The notes: a model not told the origin generated them from the sequence alone. Shown: positions 11,219-22,259, numbered from the stretch's first letter. The stretch: 64,000 nucleotides of DNA from Oscillospiraceae bacterium (GCA_017508045.1 JAFVZT010000031.1:8305-72304); one strand, 5' to 3'. Program-made: numbers and translations.

Positions 11219-12058
11219 TCAGGAAGCACCGCCATCCTTGGGGATGTACTTATTGATTATCTTATCAATTGTGCCGTCAGCCTTTAGCTCATCAAGGGCT
11301 TTGTTGATCTTTTCCAGAAGCTCGGTATTGCCCTTCTGGACACAAATTGCGTAGTCCTCAACAGCATACTCGTTTTCGCCTTCCAGAATGTGAATGCCCT
11401 GATTCTTTGCAACAAAGGATTTTGCAGGCTCGTTGTCGATGATCACACAGTCAACCTTAGTGCCCAGACCGGCAACAGCCTCAGCACCGGTCTTATAGCG
11501 GACAACACGGTCTGTCTTGATAGAGCCGTCTTCGTTCAAATCATTGAAGCCCCATTTTTCAATAGCATCGGAGGAATAAATATCACCGGTGGTGTTTTCC
11601 TGAACACCTACTTTAATGTCAGGGTTCTTCAATCCGACAGGGTCACCATCAGCATTGAATTCAAAGATGTCGTCCAAGCTCTTAATGGAAGAACCGTCTT
11701 TAACAATGATAACCTGAATGCCGGTTGCGTAGGTGTTGGAGAAATCCATGGTTTTCTTTCGGTCCTCAGTAACAGTAATGCCGGCCATACCCATATCGTA
11801 TTTACCCTGAGCAACACCGGTCAAGACCGCACCGAATTCAACGTCTTCGATTACAAGAGTCATACCTAGCTTCTTTGCAATAGCTTCTGCGATCTCGGCG
11901 TCGATACCCACAATCTTGTTTCCTTCTTTATACTCATAGGGAGGGAATGCAGCGTTTGTTGCCATAACAAGCTCGTTTTTATTGCCGCCGCAGCCTGCAA
12001 ACAGGCTCAATGCCATCAATAAAACAAAAAACAGTGCCAATAACTTTTTCATAATCAT
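11219..12058 (-). CDS. Polar amino acid ABC transporter substrate-binding lipoprotein
   Basis: Lipobox LFAGC, ATNAAFPPYEY, GIDAEIA; substrate cannot be assigned. Confidence 0.93.
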   Translation of the reverse strand: MIMKKLLALFFVLLMALSLFAGCGGNKNELVMATNAAFPPYEYKEGNKIVGIDAEIAEAIAKKLGMTLVIEDVEFGAVLTGVAQGKYDMGMAGITVTEDRKKTMDFSNTYATGIQVIIVKDGSSIKSLDDIFEFNADGDPVGLKNPDIKVGVQENTTGDIYSSDAIEKWGFNDLNEDGSIKTDRVVRYKTGAEAVAGLGTKVDCVIIDNEPAKSFVAKNQGIHILEGENEYAVEDYAICVQKGNTELLEKINKALDELKADGTIDKIINKYIPKDGGAS

Positions 12059-12357
12059 TCTCCTTTTAAATTTATGTGTTTTTGCATGAATGAATTATAG
12101 CACGAATAATATTCATCGTCAATTGTATAAATGTAACAAAAAATCGGAGAAAATATTTAAAATTTAAACAAAACATTGTAAATTATTGAAATTACGATGA
12201 ATATTATACGTAAATAATTGTATATTGACCGGGTATTGTGCTGGATATGCTGTTGGCAGTATATGATTTCTGGAGTAGAAAATATTAGTTGTAAACTTTA
12301 ACGGAATATAATATAATAGTATAGATATAAAGAATTAAAATACTGGGAGTAAATTCT

Positions 12358-13716
12358 ATGTTAAACCGTAGTGAGGAGCTAAAAAAATATTTGATTCCAG
12401 GAAAACACGTACATCTTGTGGGGATCGGCGGCGTATCTATGCGCCCTCTCGGTCTTGTGCTTAAGGATATGGGTCTGCTTGTAACAGGCTCAGATATGAA
12501 TTCCTCTGTTTCTACGGATGAGTTAATTTCAAAAGGAATTCATGTTGCAATCGGTCATGAGGCTGCCAATGTTGGAGGTGCAGACTGCGTTATTCGTACT
12601 GCAGCTGCGCATAATGATAATCCTGAGATTGCTGCAGCAAGAAGTATGGGGATTCCTACCTTTGAACGCGCCCAAGCATGGGGTGTAATTATGCAGTCGT
12701 ATAAAAATGCGGTGTGTATTTCGGGTACTCACGGAAAAACCACAACCACATCTATGGTCACGCATATTCTTATGGAGGCGGAGTTTGACCCCACGGTTAT
12801 GATTGGCGGATATTTGCCTTTACTGCGTGCCGGGCATCGTGTAGGCTCAGGCGATACCATCGTGCTGGAAAGCTGTGAATATTGCGATTCTTTTCTGAAC
12901 TTTTATCCTACCTTGTCCGTAATTCTTAACATTGAGGCTGACCATCTGGATTATTTTAAGGACCTGGCGGATGTTCAAAAATCCTTCCGTGCATTTGCAC
13001 AGTTGTCAACCGGTGGTATACTTGCCAACGGAGATGACCCCAATGTCTGTAAGGCTCTTGAAAATATGGACTATGTTAGCTTTGGCTTCCAACCCAATAA
13101 TCGTATTACGGCGGTCAATATCTGTCCGGATTGGCGGCATTTGGATGTAATTTGTGACGGCAAGTTCTATTGTCATTTAGACTTGAATGTTTTGGGACGG
13201 CATAACGCACTCAATGCCCTGGCTGCTGCCGGTACAGCCTGGATGCTGAGTGTGCCGGGTGAGGCCGTTTCCGGAGGACTTGCTACCTTTACCGGGGCGG
13301 AACGCCGTATGCAATTTAAAGGAAAATGTGGCGGTGCAGATATTTATGATGATTATGCCCATCACCCGGATGAGCTTGCAGCAACAATTGAGGCAGTGCG
13401 GTTTATGAACTATCAGCGAATCGTTGTTGCATTCCAACCGCATACATATACCCGCACCAAGGCGCTGTTTTATGATTTTGTGCGTGAGTTAAAAAAGCCA
13501 GATGTTGTTGTCCTTGCGGAAATATATGCTGCCAGAGAGCGTAATACTGTGGGCATATCTTCCGTGGATCTTGCTAATGCAATACCAGGCGCGATATATT
13601 GCGCGACGCTACCGCAGGTAACACAATGTCTAAAGGAAATCGCAAGACCGGGCGATGTAATTTTGACCATTGGTGCAGGCGATATATTCCGTGCTGGTGA
13701 GGCGTTACTTGACTAA
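12358..13716 (+). CDS. murC: UDP-N-acetylmuramate--L-alanine ligase
   Basis: GIGGVSM, GTHGKTTTT, DDYAHHP, FQPHTYTRT. Confidence 0.96.
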   Translation: MLNRSEELKKYLIPGKHVHLVGIGGVSMRPLGLVLKDMGLLVTGSDMNSSVSTDELISKGIHVAIGHEAANVGGADCVIRTAAAHNDNPEIAAARSMGIPTFERAQAWGVIMQSYKNAVCISGTHGKTTTTSMVTHILMEAEFDPTVMIGGYLPLLRAGHRVGSGDTIVLESCEYCDSFLNFYPTLSVILNIEADHLDYFKDLADVQKSFRAFAQLSTGGILANGDDPNVCKALENMDYVSFGFQPNNRITAVNICPDWRHLDVICDGKFYCHLDLNVLGRHNALNALAAAGTAWMLSVPGEAVSGGLATFTGAERRMQFKGKCGGADIYDDYAHHPDELAATIEAVRFMNYQRIVVAFQPHTYTRTKALFYDFVRELKKPDVVVLAEIYAARERNTVGISSVDLANAIPGAIYCATLPQVTQCLKEIARPGDVILTIGAGDIFRAGEALLD

Positions 13717-13789
13717 GTGAAGATAAAATGCTGCTTTACATTTCGTGCGATCTTTTGCACATACTATTGTATAAGGTGAGGCGATACCT

Positions 13790-14857
13790 ATGAGTAAGTT
13801 AAATGTTTGTATTTTATTTGGCGGCGTCAGTCCTGAGCATGCCGTTTCATTGCGGTCTGCGGAAGCGGTATTAAATCATTTGGATACAGAAAAATACACA
13901 GTTATTCCTGTTGGCATTACAACGGAGGGGCAATGGATCCGATATGTCGGTGAGGACTATTCCTTGCTGCCAAGTGGTCAGTGGCAGGATTACAGTGGAA
14001 ACTATAGGGTTTTAATTTCTCCTGTTCGGGGTGAGGGACTGCTTTGCTTTAAAGATGACGTTGTTTCCCGCGAGTCGATTGATGTAGTATTTCCTGTGCT
14101 GCACGGAGAAAACGGGGAAGACGGATCTATTCAGGGCCTTATGCAGCTTGCAGGCATTGCCTGTGTAGGTCCGCAGGTCGCACCGTCTGCAGTTGCTATG
14201 GATAAATCCTTAACAAAGTTGGTTATCGATCATGCCGATATTCCCCAAGCCGATTGGTTGCTGGTAAGAGCGTCAGACCTGCAGAGCCGAATGGATGAGA
14301 TTGTTAACCAGGTGCAAACTCGTTTTTCCTATCCCGTTTTTGTCAAACCGGCAGGGACCGGTTCTTCCGTTGGCGTTTCTAAAGCAATCGACGCAGTATC
14401 TCTGCGCAGTGCATTGTTGGCTGCCGGGGAATTTGATGAGAAAATCCTCGTAGAAGAATTTATTGACGGAAAAGAGATAGAGGTTGCTGTAATGGGAAAC
14501 CAAAGCCCGGTTGCGTCTGTATGCGGTGAAATTGATTCCGGCTCAGAATTTTATGATTATGATGCAAAATATGTTACTGACAGCTCTATTGCGTATGTGC
14601 CGGCGCGTATTGATGATGAACAGGCAGAACTGGTTAGGGAATTGGCAGTAAAAGCTTATACAGCAATCGGTTGCCGTGGTTTAAGTCGCGTTGACTTCTT
14701 TGTGACGCATAGTGGTGGAAATATTGTTTTTAATGAAATTAATACGCTGCCCGGCTTTACGTCAATTTCTATGTATCCTAAATTATTCGCAGCCAGCGGG
14801 ATACCTTTTGGTCAGCTGTTAGATGAATTGATACAATTGGCTATGGAGGCAGCCTGA
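13790..14857 (+). CDS. ddl: D-alanine--D-alanine ligase
   Basis: GGVSPEH, LHGENGEDG, GSSVGV, FYDYDAKY, NEINTLPGFT. Confidence 0.96.
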   Translation: MSKLNVCILFGGVSPEHAVSLRSAEAVLNHLDTEKYTVIPVGITTEGQWIRYVGEDYSLLPSGQWQDYSGNYRVLISPVRGEGLLCFKDDVVSRESIDVVFPVLHGENGEDGSIQGLMQLAGIACVGPQVAPSAVAMDKSLTKLVIDHADIPQADWLLVRASDLQSRMDEIVNQVQTRFSYPVFVKPAGTGSSVGVSKAIDAVSLRSALLAAGEFDEKILVEEFIDGKEIEVAVMGNQSPVASVCGEIDSGSEFYDYDAKYVTDSSIAYVPARIDDEQAELVRELAVKAYTAIGCRGLSRVDFFVTHSGGNIVFNEINTLPGFTSISMYPKLFAASGIPFGQLLDELIQLAMEAA

Positions 14858-15282
14858 TGAGCAAAAGGGTAATGCTTTCAATACGGGGGCGTCAGGCGTA
14901 CCATAATCAAGAGCCGGATGTCATTGAATTAGTAACGGAAGGGAAAATGGATTATGTCGACAATGGCTGGAATATCAGCTATGAAGAAAGCGATTTAACA
15001 GGTTTGGCCGGTGTTCGCACAACCTTTCGTGTTGAGCCGGAAAAAGTAATTTTAACACGAACCGGCAACCTTCATTCTCAGATGATTTTTGAGCAGGGCG
15101 TCAGCCATGAATCTCTATATCAGATGGAGTTCGGCGCGCTAATGATAACCGTTTTTGCAACCCGGATTGATGCAAAGATTAACAATGACGGGGGATATGT
15201 TGATTTAACATATCAAATTGATATTGAGCATAGCACAGCCGGAACGGTTGACTATCATTTGGATATTATGGCGAACAATTAA
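14857..15282 (+). CDS. DUF1934 family beta-barrel protein
   Basis: YEESDLTG..TT, Y..EFG pattern; translationally coupled to ddl. Confidence 0.75.
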   Translation: MSKRVMLSIRGRQAYHNQEPDVIELVTEGKMDYVDNGWNISYEESDLTGLAGVRTTFRVEPEKVILTRTGNLHSQMIFEQGVSHESLYQMEFGALMITVFATRIDAKINNDGGYVDLTYQIDIEHSTAGTVDYHLDIMANN

Positions 15283-15326
15283 AATGTGCTGTCCTTTGAA
15301 TTAACGGTCAAAGGACAGCACATTTT
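15282..15326. terminator. Bidirectional terminator
   Basis: AAAATGTGCTGTCCTTTGA / TCAAAGGACAGCACATTTT inverted repeat. Confidence 0.8.
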
Positions 15327-15332
15327 TATAGG

Positions 15333-17048
15333 TTATGGATTTGGTGCCTCCGGGATGTCTCCATTTCCCGAATTGCCGCTTGAATTACCATCAATCTTAC
15401 AAATCACACCGTTTCGAGGTTCATATCTGGTTTGTCCGATATAAGTCTTGGAGATTTGTTCCAGGGTCTCCTTATCTAACTTACAAATATAGGTTTTTAC
15501 GGTATAGCCGTTAAAGGGCTCAACGATATAGTCGCCGTCTTTATAGCCTTCGGTGTTATCAGCGGGCATTGTTTGATACGTAACAGAGAACTCTTTTTTG
15601 GAAATTTCCTCAGAGATAAGCTCTACGCTATATTCACGAATATCCGTGCCAATTAATTTAACCTCTACAGCGCCGCCGATTGCCACAGCATCGATTCGAA
15701 TGGGATAGTTTGTGTTATTGCAGAAACGGAAATCTGCATAATTCCAGTTGACTGCTGCATCAAATCCCAATGGCACATATGAGGGTGCATATGCATTATT
15801 AATTCGCACAAGTACATCAAGCTCAGCTGCCAAGACGCAGTAATAAAGTGCGGAGGATACCTGTTCAATACCACCTCCGACAGCGATGGCAGTGCCGCCA
15901 TTTTGAAAAGCGGTGGCAGGCTGGTAGCCGTTTGCGGCTGTTATTTTACCAAGGGTATCGTTAAAGGAGAACACCTTACCGGGATACAGAATTTTACCGT
16001 TAATGGCCTGACAGGCGAGCTGGAGATTTATATCTCTGCTGTTATCACTGTCATAAATCGCGGTATAGACTGCCAACTCATCGCGATATAAAGTCCCGGC
16101 CAGATTTTCCACGGTAATTTCCGGGGAGATTTTCGTAAACGGAATAATCACCTCAGAGCCATATTGGGCTTTTGCAATTGTATCTCTAGCTTCGGAAAGA
16201 TCAAAGCCGTATCCGTCAGTGCTGGGGATAACCTCAAAGGTTTTAACATCAAAGCCGGCATTAACAGGGGGGATATAGTAGGTCTTAAGAATAGAAGCTA
16301 AATCAATTTCATTTGGTTCAATCAGTTCGCACTTTGCTTCGATATAAAACTCGTTTCTGCTATATGCATCTATAACCTGTGCATAAAGTGTATTTGTGTT
16401 ATAACTGTATTCCGGTGTGCCTAGATTGATGATAAGCCTTCTGTCTAAATCATTACCGACAACTTCATATGTGGATTGGGATAAGGTTGTGTTAAAGTTC
16501 TCGCCGTGCTGTGCAATGATCTGGCGAATACCGTCTTCATTTAAATTTAAATAAGGGGCAAGATCCACAACATAACCTGTCGTCATAGCAATTTGCTGTT
16601 CCTCTTGACGCTTATTCTGAGAGCCTGTATTTCCGAAATTGTAAGCGGCTTTTACAGCTGCCCGGACATCCAGTGTACCAACATAGTTTGCTGGAATTTC
16701 AAAGGTTCTTCCAAATACATTTACCTGCATAGGAAGTTTGGAGTATGTTCCGCTGACGGCCTTGCTTACTGCCTGGATGGCTTCTTTTTGACGCATGCCG
16801 CCGACATTCACACCGGCAACAGATACATTCTGTAAAATCACACCGGTTGTATTGGATTGTATGAGATAGACACATCCTGCAACGACACCCACTGCAATTG
16901 CAAGCAGCGCAATACATACGGATATGATAACAGCAACACGGGTGGAACTCGTAACTTTTTTGCCGGAATTTGAGTGACCCCGGCGAGCATCGCTGCCACT
17001 GCGGATTGCATTCCGTGTGTTGCTGCGTTTTTGATGTTCATTTGCCAT
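15333..17048 (-). CDS. Membrane-anchored VanW-domain protein (PG-binding + VanW + G5-like)
   Basis: N-terminal TM, RDINLQLACQAING..FSFN..G, GGGIEQVSSALY, DFRFCNN; RBS AAAGGAG. Confidence 0.85.
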   Translation of the reverse strand: MANEHQKRSNTRNAIRSGSDARRGHSNSGKKVTSSTRVAVIISVCIALLAIAVGVVAGCVYLIQSNTTGVILQNVSVAGVNVGGMRQKEAIQAVSKAVSGTYSKLPMQVNVFGRTFEIPANYVGTLDVRAAVKAAYNFGNTGSQNKRQEEQQIAMTTGYVVDLAPYLNLNEDGIRQIIAQHGENFNTTLSQSTYEVVGNDLDRRLIINLGTPEYSYNTNTLYAQVIDAYSRNEFYIEAKCELIEPNEIDLASILKTYYIPPVNAGFDVKTFEVIPSTDGYGFDLSEARDTIAKAQYGSEVIIPFTKISPEITVENLAGTLYRDELAVYTAIYDSDNSRDINLQLACQAINGKILYPGKVFSFNDTLGKITAANGYQPATAFQNGGTAIAVGGGIEQVSSALYYCVLAAELDVLVRINNAYAPSYVPLGFDAAVNWNYADFRFCNNTNYPIRIDAVAIGGAVEVKLIGTDIREYSVELISEEISKKEFSVTYQTMPADNTEGYKDGDYIVEPFNGYTVKTYICKLDKETLEQISKTYIGQTRYEPRNGVICKIDGNSSGNSGNGDIPEAPNP

Positions 17049-17111
17049 GGAGGTAAACTCCTTTCTTATTGAATCTACCAATATTGTATCATATTATTCG
17101 ATAATTGCAAG

Positions 17112-20100
17112 CTAGAGATATTTCATGAAATGCTCTACAAATATTTTGGATTGCTTTAGACTGTCGATGCCGGATGCCAATTTTAACCGTAGTGTTGGTT
17201 GCTTGGCAGATGCGACAAATTGAATTCGGTTCTTATATTCTGCTTCCGCACACAAAGCGCTGATAGCCTCTAAATTCAACTGTCCCAAGGTAAACAGTAC
17301 CTCGCTTGCTTTTTGACGGATGTCGATTATATGCGCTTTTCTCGCATTGGCGCGTAAAAGAGCAATATCAATCAGGTTGAGTACGCCTTTAGGCGGCTCA
17401 CCATACCGGTCAATGATTTCATCCAATAAATCGTCTGAATCCTCCTGTGACCGAATTGCGGCCATTCGGCGGTAAAGGTCCATACGCTCTTCACCACGGG
17501 AAACATAGTCTTTATCCACATTTGCCGTAACATTGAGATCCGCGGTACAGTCCGGCTCCTTGGGCAGTTGTCCGCGCTCCTCTAAAACGGCCTCGTCCAA
17601 AAGCTTTAAATACATATCATAGCCGACAGACATCATATGGCCGGACTGTTCGGCTCCTAACAAGTTGCCTGCTCCCCGGATTTCCAAATCACGCATTGCG
17701 ATCTTAAAACCGGAGCCAAATTCTGCAAAGTCACGGATTGCTGCCAGTCGTTTCTCTGCAATTTCTGTCAAGGATTTATCCGGTTTATAGGTAAAATAAG
17801 CATAGGCATGACGTGTAGATCGTCCTACGCGTCCTCTGAGCTGATGAAGCTGGCTTAATCCAAACCGGTCGGCATTTTCAATTATCAATGTATTCACATT
17901 TGGAATATCAAGACCTGTTTCGATAATAGTCGTACAGACAAGCACTTGAATTTCGCCGTCTGCCATAGCGTGCATAGTGTCACCCAGCGCATCCTCGCCC
18001 ATTTTACCGTGGGCAACAGCAATACCAACCTCGGGTATGCGCTTTTTAAGCGCCGATGCGCACTGCTCAATGGTTTCCACACGGTTGTGCAGATAGTATA
18101 CTTGCCCACCACGCGCAATTTCCTTGCGGATAGCATCATCTATGATGGCGTTGCTGTGCTCCATAACAAAGGTTTGAACCGGGTATCTGTCCGCCGGAGG
18201 TTCTTCAATTGTTGACATATCCCGAATGCCGGACAATGCCATATTCAGCGTTCTGGGAATTGGTGTGGCAGACAGTGTCAGCACATCCACACCTTTTGAT
18301 AATTCTTTTAACCGTTCCTTATGACTAACACCGAAGCGCTGTTCCTCATCAACAATCAATAGGCCCAGGTCCTTAAATTGAACGCTTTTTTGCAGCAGCT
18401 TGTGGGTGCCGATGACAATATCAACAGCCCCTGCCTGAAGCTTTTGTATGGTCTTTTTTTGATGATTTGGGGTATGAAAACGGCTTAATACATCTATATT
18501 AACCGGAAAACCCCGAAATCTGGAGACAGCGGTGTTATAGTGCTGCTGGGCAAGTATAGTAGTGGGCACAAGGATTGCCACCTGCTTTCCGTCCATAACC
18601 GCTTTCATAACGGCCCGTAAGGCAACCTCAGTTTTGCCGAATCCAACATCTCCGCACAACAGGCGATCCATAGGGATGGGGGATTCCATATCCGATTTAA
18701 TTTCACGGATACAGCGCAGCTGATCATCGGTTTCGGGATAAGGGAAGTTGTCCTCAAACTCCTTTTGCCAGGGAGAATCGGCGGCGAAGGCAAAGCCTTC
18801 CTGCCGTTTTCTTGCCGCGTAAAGCTGAATCAGCTCACCTGCCATATCCTTTGCGGCTTTCCGTGCCTTGGTTTTGGTTTTTTGCCAGGCATCCGAACCG
18901 ATTTTGTTTAGGCGGACATTGCTGTCCTCGCCGCCACTGCCGATATATTTGCTGACCATATCCAACTGTGTAGCCGGTACAAATAGCGTATCTGTACCTT
19001 GGTAGGCAATTTTTACATAATCCTTAACAGCACCGTCTACATAAATTTGCTCCATTGCCACGAAACGACCGATACCGTAGTTTTCGTGGACCACTAAATC
19101 GCCGGGTGATAAATCTGTAAAGGAATTCAGCTTTTGACGGTTGGTAGCGGATTTCTTATTCCTTCGCTTTGGCTCGGCTTTTCCGATTAGCTGTCCCTCT
19201 GTCAGTACCGCAAGTTTGGAGGTTGGATATTCCATTCCGTAGGGCAGGGCTCCGTCTGTAAGCAGGATTTGACCTGGCTGAGGCATATTGTTTAATGGAA
19301 TGCACAAAAATGAAGAAAGGCCCTTGCTGCTTAGCATTTCCTGTAAAAGCTCTGCTCTGCGACGGGAGCCGCAAAGCACCAAGGAAGAAAATTCAATTTT
19401 TTGATAGTGGCTCAAATCTGAAGCTGCAACGTCTAGATTCCCACCGTAGCCGGGAAGCTGCTTTGCACTCAGCGGCAATATCTGCTTGGGTGGGCAAGCA
19501 TCAGGATATGCACTGCCGGCAAAGGAATCTAAATATATTACAGTTTTATCCTGTAAATGTTGGGTAAAATCATCCCACTGGCAGCTATAGTCACACAGTT
19601 CGCCTGAAACCAGTCCACTCTGAAGCAGGCTATCCAATTGTAAGCCCAGTCTTTCGGTACAATCCTTTGCTGCGCGATGAAGATTACTGTGATCACATAA
19701 AACAAAGATTGCATCCCCGGGGATATAGTCCAGGGCTGTTGAATATTCAGGATATATCAGTGACATATATCTGTCGGATACCGGATTCGCAAGAGCGTTC
19801 TTGTATTTTTCTAGATCATTTTGCAAGGTCGCAATTAGCGTTTCATTTGGAGTTTTTCTTCGCTTTTGGTGCGCGATTAAGTCCTGGATATCCTTACATA
19901 GTCCTTCAAGTCCGTTAGGGTGAAGCATTGGCTGTGTTTCTCCCACCGGTAAAATAATTACTTCCTCGATGTTTTCGGTGCGTCGCTGGGTATCCGGATC
20001 AAAATACCCCATAGTGTCCAATTCATCGCCAAAAAACTCAGCACGAAACGGCTGGTCGGCAGCAGGGGAGAATACATCCAAAATACCGCCTCGTACAGCA

Positions 20101-20615
20101 AATTGGCCTGGACCTTCAACCATAGTACAGCGGCTGTATCCTGCAATTGTCAGACGGGTTATAATGCTGTCCAGGGAATATTCTTTTCCGGCTTCCAGAC
20201 GGAAGGAAGCTCTACTTAGTGCTTCCGGCGGAATTGTGCGCTGGCACATTGCGTCCCAGGTCATAATTTGCAGAGGAGTCTTGCCAGAGGACAGCTCATA
20301 AAGCTGACGCAGTCTCTTCTGCTCCCAACCTCTTGAAACGACAGATGCGTCATACAGTGTCAGTTCCCGAGTTGGCAAAATGGGCGCTTCATCTCCTAAG
20401 AATGAACGCAGCTCATCCTGAAGGCGCTTTGCAGCCAGATCATCCTGACAGAAAAGTACAATTTTGCGGTTGGTATCTGAACGCATTGTAGCAATTAAAT
20501 GACTTCGGTTAATTTGTCCGATACCGGTTACGGCAATGGTTTGATTAAGTGCTGTGGCTTGCTTTATAAGTGTGTATTCAGGAATGGATTTCAGGAAGGA
20601 CAGCAGTTTGTTCAT
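17112..20615 (-). CDS. mfd: Transcription-repair coupling factor
   Basis: CarD-like VVHENYGIG, GDVGFGKTE, DEEQRFG, QLRGRVGR, TRCF C-terminus. Confidence 0.98.
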   Translation of the reverse strand: MNKLLSFLKSIPEYTLIKQATALNQTIAVTGIGQINRSHLIATMRSDTNRKIVLFCQDDLAAKRLQDELRSFLGDEAPILPTRELTLYDASVVSRGWEQKRLRQLYELSSGKTPLQIMTWDAMCQRTIPPEALSRASFRLEAGKEYSLDSIITRLTIAGYSRCTMVEGPGQFAVRGGILDVFSPAADQPFRAEFFGDELDTMGYFDPDTQRRTENIEEVIILPVGETQPMLHPNGLEGLCKDIQDLIAHQKRRKTPNETLIATLQNDLEKYKNALANPVSDRYMSLIYPEYSTALDYIPGDAIFVLCDHSNLHRAAKDCTERLGLQLDSLLQSGLVSGELCDYSCQWDDFTQHLQDKTVIYLDSFAGSAYPDACPPKQILPLSAKQLPGYGGNLDVAASDLSHYQKIEFSSLVLCGSRRRAELLQEMLSSKGLSSFLCIPLNNMPQPGQILLTDGALPYGMEYPTSKLAVLTEGQLIGKAEPKRRNKKSATNRQKLNSFTDLSPGDLVVHENYGIGRFVAMEQIYVDGAVKDYVKIAYQGTDTLFVPATQLDMVSKYIGSGGEDSNVRLNKIGSDAWQKTKTKARKAAKDMAGELIQLYAARKRQEGFAFAADSPWQKEFEDNFPYPETDDQLRCIREIKSDMESPIPMDRLLCGDVGFGKTEVALRAVMKAVMDGKQVAILVPTTILAQQHYNTAVSRFRGFPVNIDVLSRFHTPNHQKKTIQKLQAGAVDIVIGTHKLLQKSVQFKDLGLLIVDEEQRFGVSHKERLKELSKGVDVLTLSATPIPRTLNMALSGIRDMSTIEEPPADRYPVQTFVMEHSNAIIDDAIRKEIARGGQVYYLHNRVETIEQCASALKKRIPEVGIAVAHGKMGEDALGDTMHAMADGEIQVLVCTTIIETGLDIPNVNTLIIENADRFGLSQLHQLRGRVGRSTRHAYAYFTYKPDKSLTEIAEKRLAAIRDFAEFGSGFKIAMRDLEIRGAGNLLGAEQSGHMMSVGYDMYLKLLDEAVLEERGQLPKEPDCTADLNVTANVDKDYVSRGEERMDLYRRMAAIRSQEDSDDLLDEIIDRYGEPPKGVLNLIDIALLRANARKAHIIDIRQKASEVLFTLGQLNLEAISALCAEAEYKNRIQFVASAKQPTLRLKLASGIDSLKQSKIFVEHFMKYL

Positions 20616-20702
20616 ACTTCACCTCAAATATTATTTGTTCCACGCAGGAACGCGGAAAGGGGAATTTTCTCCCCTTTCCGTGCTGTTATACAAAATATGT
20701 GT

Positions 20703-21290
20703 TTATTTTGAATTATAGCGGTTCGCCGCGTCCTGAATACCCTTATCCAGAATGCAAAGTGCAGCGTCACCGGCATTTTCCAATGTAGCTGACAGGCACT
20801 TTTCTTCTGAAGCAGTAAAGGAAGACAGTACCCAATCCGCCAAATCCTGTTCAGGATGAGGTTTTGCACCAACACCGATTTTTACCCGTGGAAAATCCTG
20901 ACTGCCAAGCTCGCTGATAATGGATTTGATTCCGTTGTGACCACCTGCAGAGCCGTCACCGCGGACACGGAGTCTGCCGGGTGCTAATGAGATGTCGTCA
21001 AACATAATGATAATGCGCTGTGGGGGAATGTTAAAATAAGCAGATAGTTGCAGAACAGATTTCCCTGACAAATTCATATAGGTAAGCGGCTTTAGCAAAT
21101 ACAGCCTCTTACCGGAATATGTCGTCTGCCCGTATAACCCCTGAAATTTCGCCTTATCAATTTTGCAACCCAGCTTATTCGCAAGAATATCAATTGCACG
21201 ATAGCCACAATTATGGCGAGTGCGTTCATATTCTTTTCCGGGATTTCCCAAACCGACAATCAGCCAGCACTCGCTTCTTTTTCCAAACAC
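20703..21290 (-). CDS. pth: Peptidyl-tRNA hydrolase
   Basis: VGLGNPG, TRHN, YMNLSG, GGHNG. Confidence 0.97.
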   Translation of the reverse strand: MFGKRSECWLIVGLGNPGKEYERTRHNCGYRAIDILANKLGCKIDKAKFQGLYGQTTYSGKRLYLLKPLTYMNLSGKSVLQLSAYFNIPPQRIIIMFDDISLAPGRLRVRGDGSAGGHNGIKSIISELGSQDFPRVKIGVGAKPHPEQDLADWVLSSFTASEEKCLSATLENAGDAALCILDKGIQDAANRYNSK

Positions 21291-21293
21291 AGC

Positions 21294-22259
21294 TTAAAAC
21301 AGGTCGGCGATGGATGTACCGCCGTGAATATGTGCAATGGCGCGAGCAAAAATAGGCGCAACATCCAGCTGCTTAATCTTATCGGAGGGACAATCCTCGG
21401 GCAGGGGGATGGTGTTATGCACAATCAGTTCCTTGATTGTACTTTTGTTGATGCGGTCAAATGCAGGACCGGATAGAACGCCGTGGGTTGCACAGGCATA
21501 AACCTCTTTTGCACCGCCAATTTGTACTAAGGCGTTTGCAGCATTGCACAATGAACCGGCGGTATCAACCATATCGTCAAATAAGATGCAGGTTTTACCC
21601 TTGACATCACCGATGACATTCATAACTTCACATTCGTTTGCTTTCTGACGGCGCTTATCGACGATTGCAAGGCCCATATGGACCTTTGCTGCAAATGCGC
21701 GAGCACGGGCAACAGAGCCAACATCGGGAGAGACAACTACAAAATCATCGTGATTATACACGTTCTCAGGGAACTTACCCAAATAGTACTTCACAAAAGT
21801 GGGGTTGCCTAAAAGATGGTCAACGGGAATATCAAAGAAGCCTTGTATCTGAGCAGCGTGCAGGTCCATAGTCAAAACCCGGTCTGCACCTGCGGCGGTA
21901 AGCATATTGGCTACCAATTTAGCAGAGATGGGATCGCGGCTCTTTGCTTTACGGTCCTGGCGGGCATAACCGAAATAGGGGATAACAGCAGTAATACGAC
22001 CGGCGGAGGCACGACGGCAAGCGTCGATCATTACCAGTAACTCCATTAGATTGTTATTTACCGGCTTGCAGGTTGACTGAATCAAGAACACATCGGCACC
22101 GCGGACGGTTTCGTTCAAAGAAACAGAAACCTCGCCGTCAGCGAAGGTCTGCACAACGCCCTGTCCCATGGCAAGTCCAAGCTCTTTGCAAACAGTTTGC
22201 GCAAAGGAGGGGTTGGAATTGCCGCAGAAAATTTTGATATTATCTCCGTATGCAATCAT
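21294..22259 (-). CDS. prs: Ribose-phosphate pyrophosphokinase
   Basis: FADGE, YARQDRK, DLHAAQIQGFF, DDMVDTAGS. Confidence 0.98.
   Translation of the reverse strand: MIAYGDNIKIFCGNSNPSFAQTVCKELGLAMGQGVVQTFADGEVSVSLNETVRGADVFLIQSTCKPVNNNLMELLVMIDACRRASAGRITAVIPYFGYARQDRKAKSRDPISAKLVANMLTAAGADRVLTMDLHAAQIQGFFDIPVDHLLGNPTFVKYYLGKFPENVYNHDDFVVVSPDVGSVARARAFAAKVHMGLAIVDKRRQKANECEVMNVIGDVKGKTCILFDDMVDTAGSLCNAANALVQIGGAKEVYACATHGVLSGPAFDRINKSTIKELIVHNTIPLPEDCPSDKIKQLDVAPIFARAIAHIHGGTSIADLF

Noticed and set aside
12059-12357. ArgR- or GlnR-like boxes upstream of the amino acid ABC operon
   Set aside because: GAAT..ATTC and TGT..ACA half-sites have non-canonical spacing in very AT-rich DNA
13790-17048. 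ddl + VanW as a vancomycin-resistance cluster
   Set aside because: Ddl has the YDY..KY loop of D-Ala-D-Ala ligases, sits after murC, and no vanH/X/R/S genes are present
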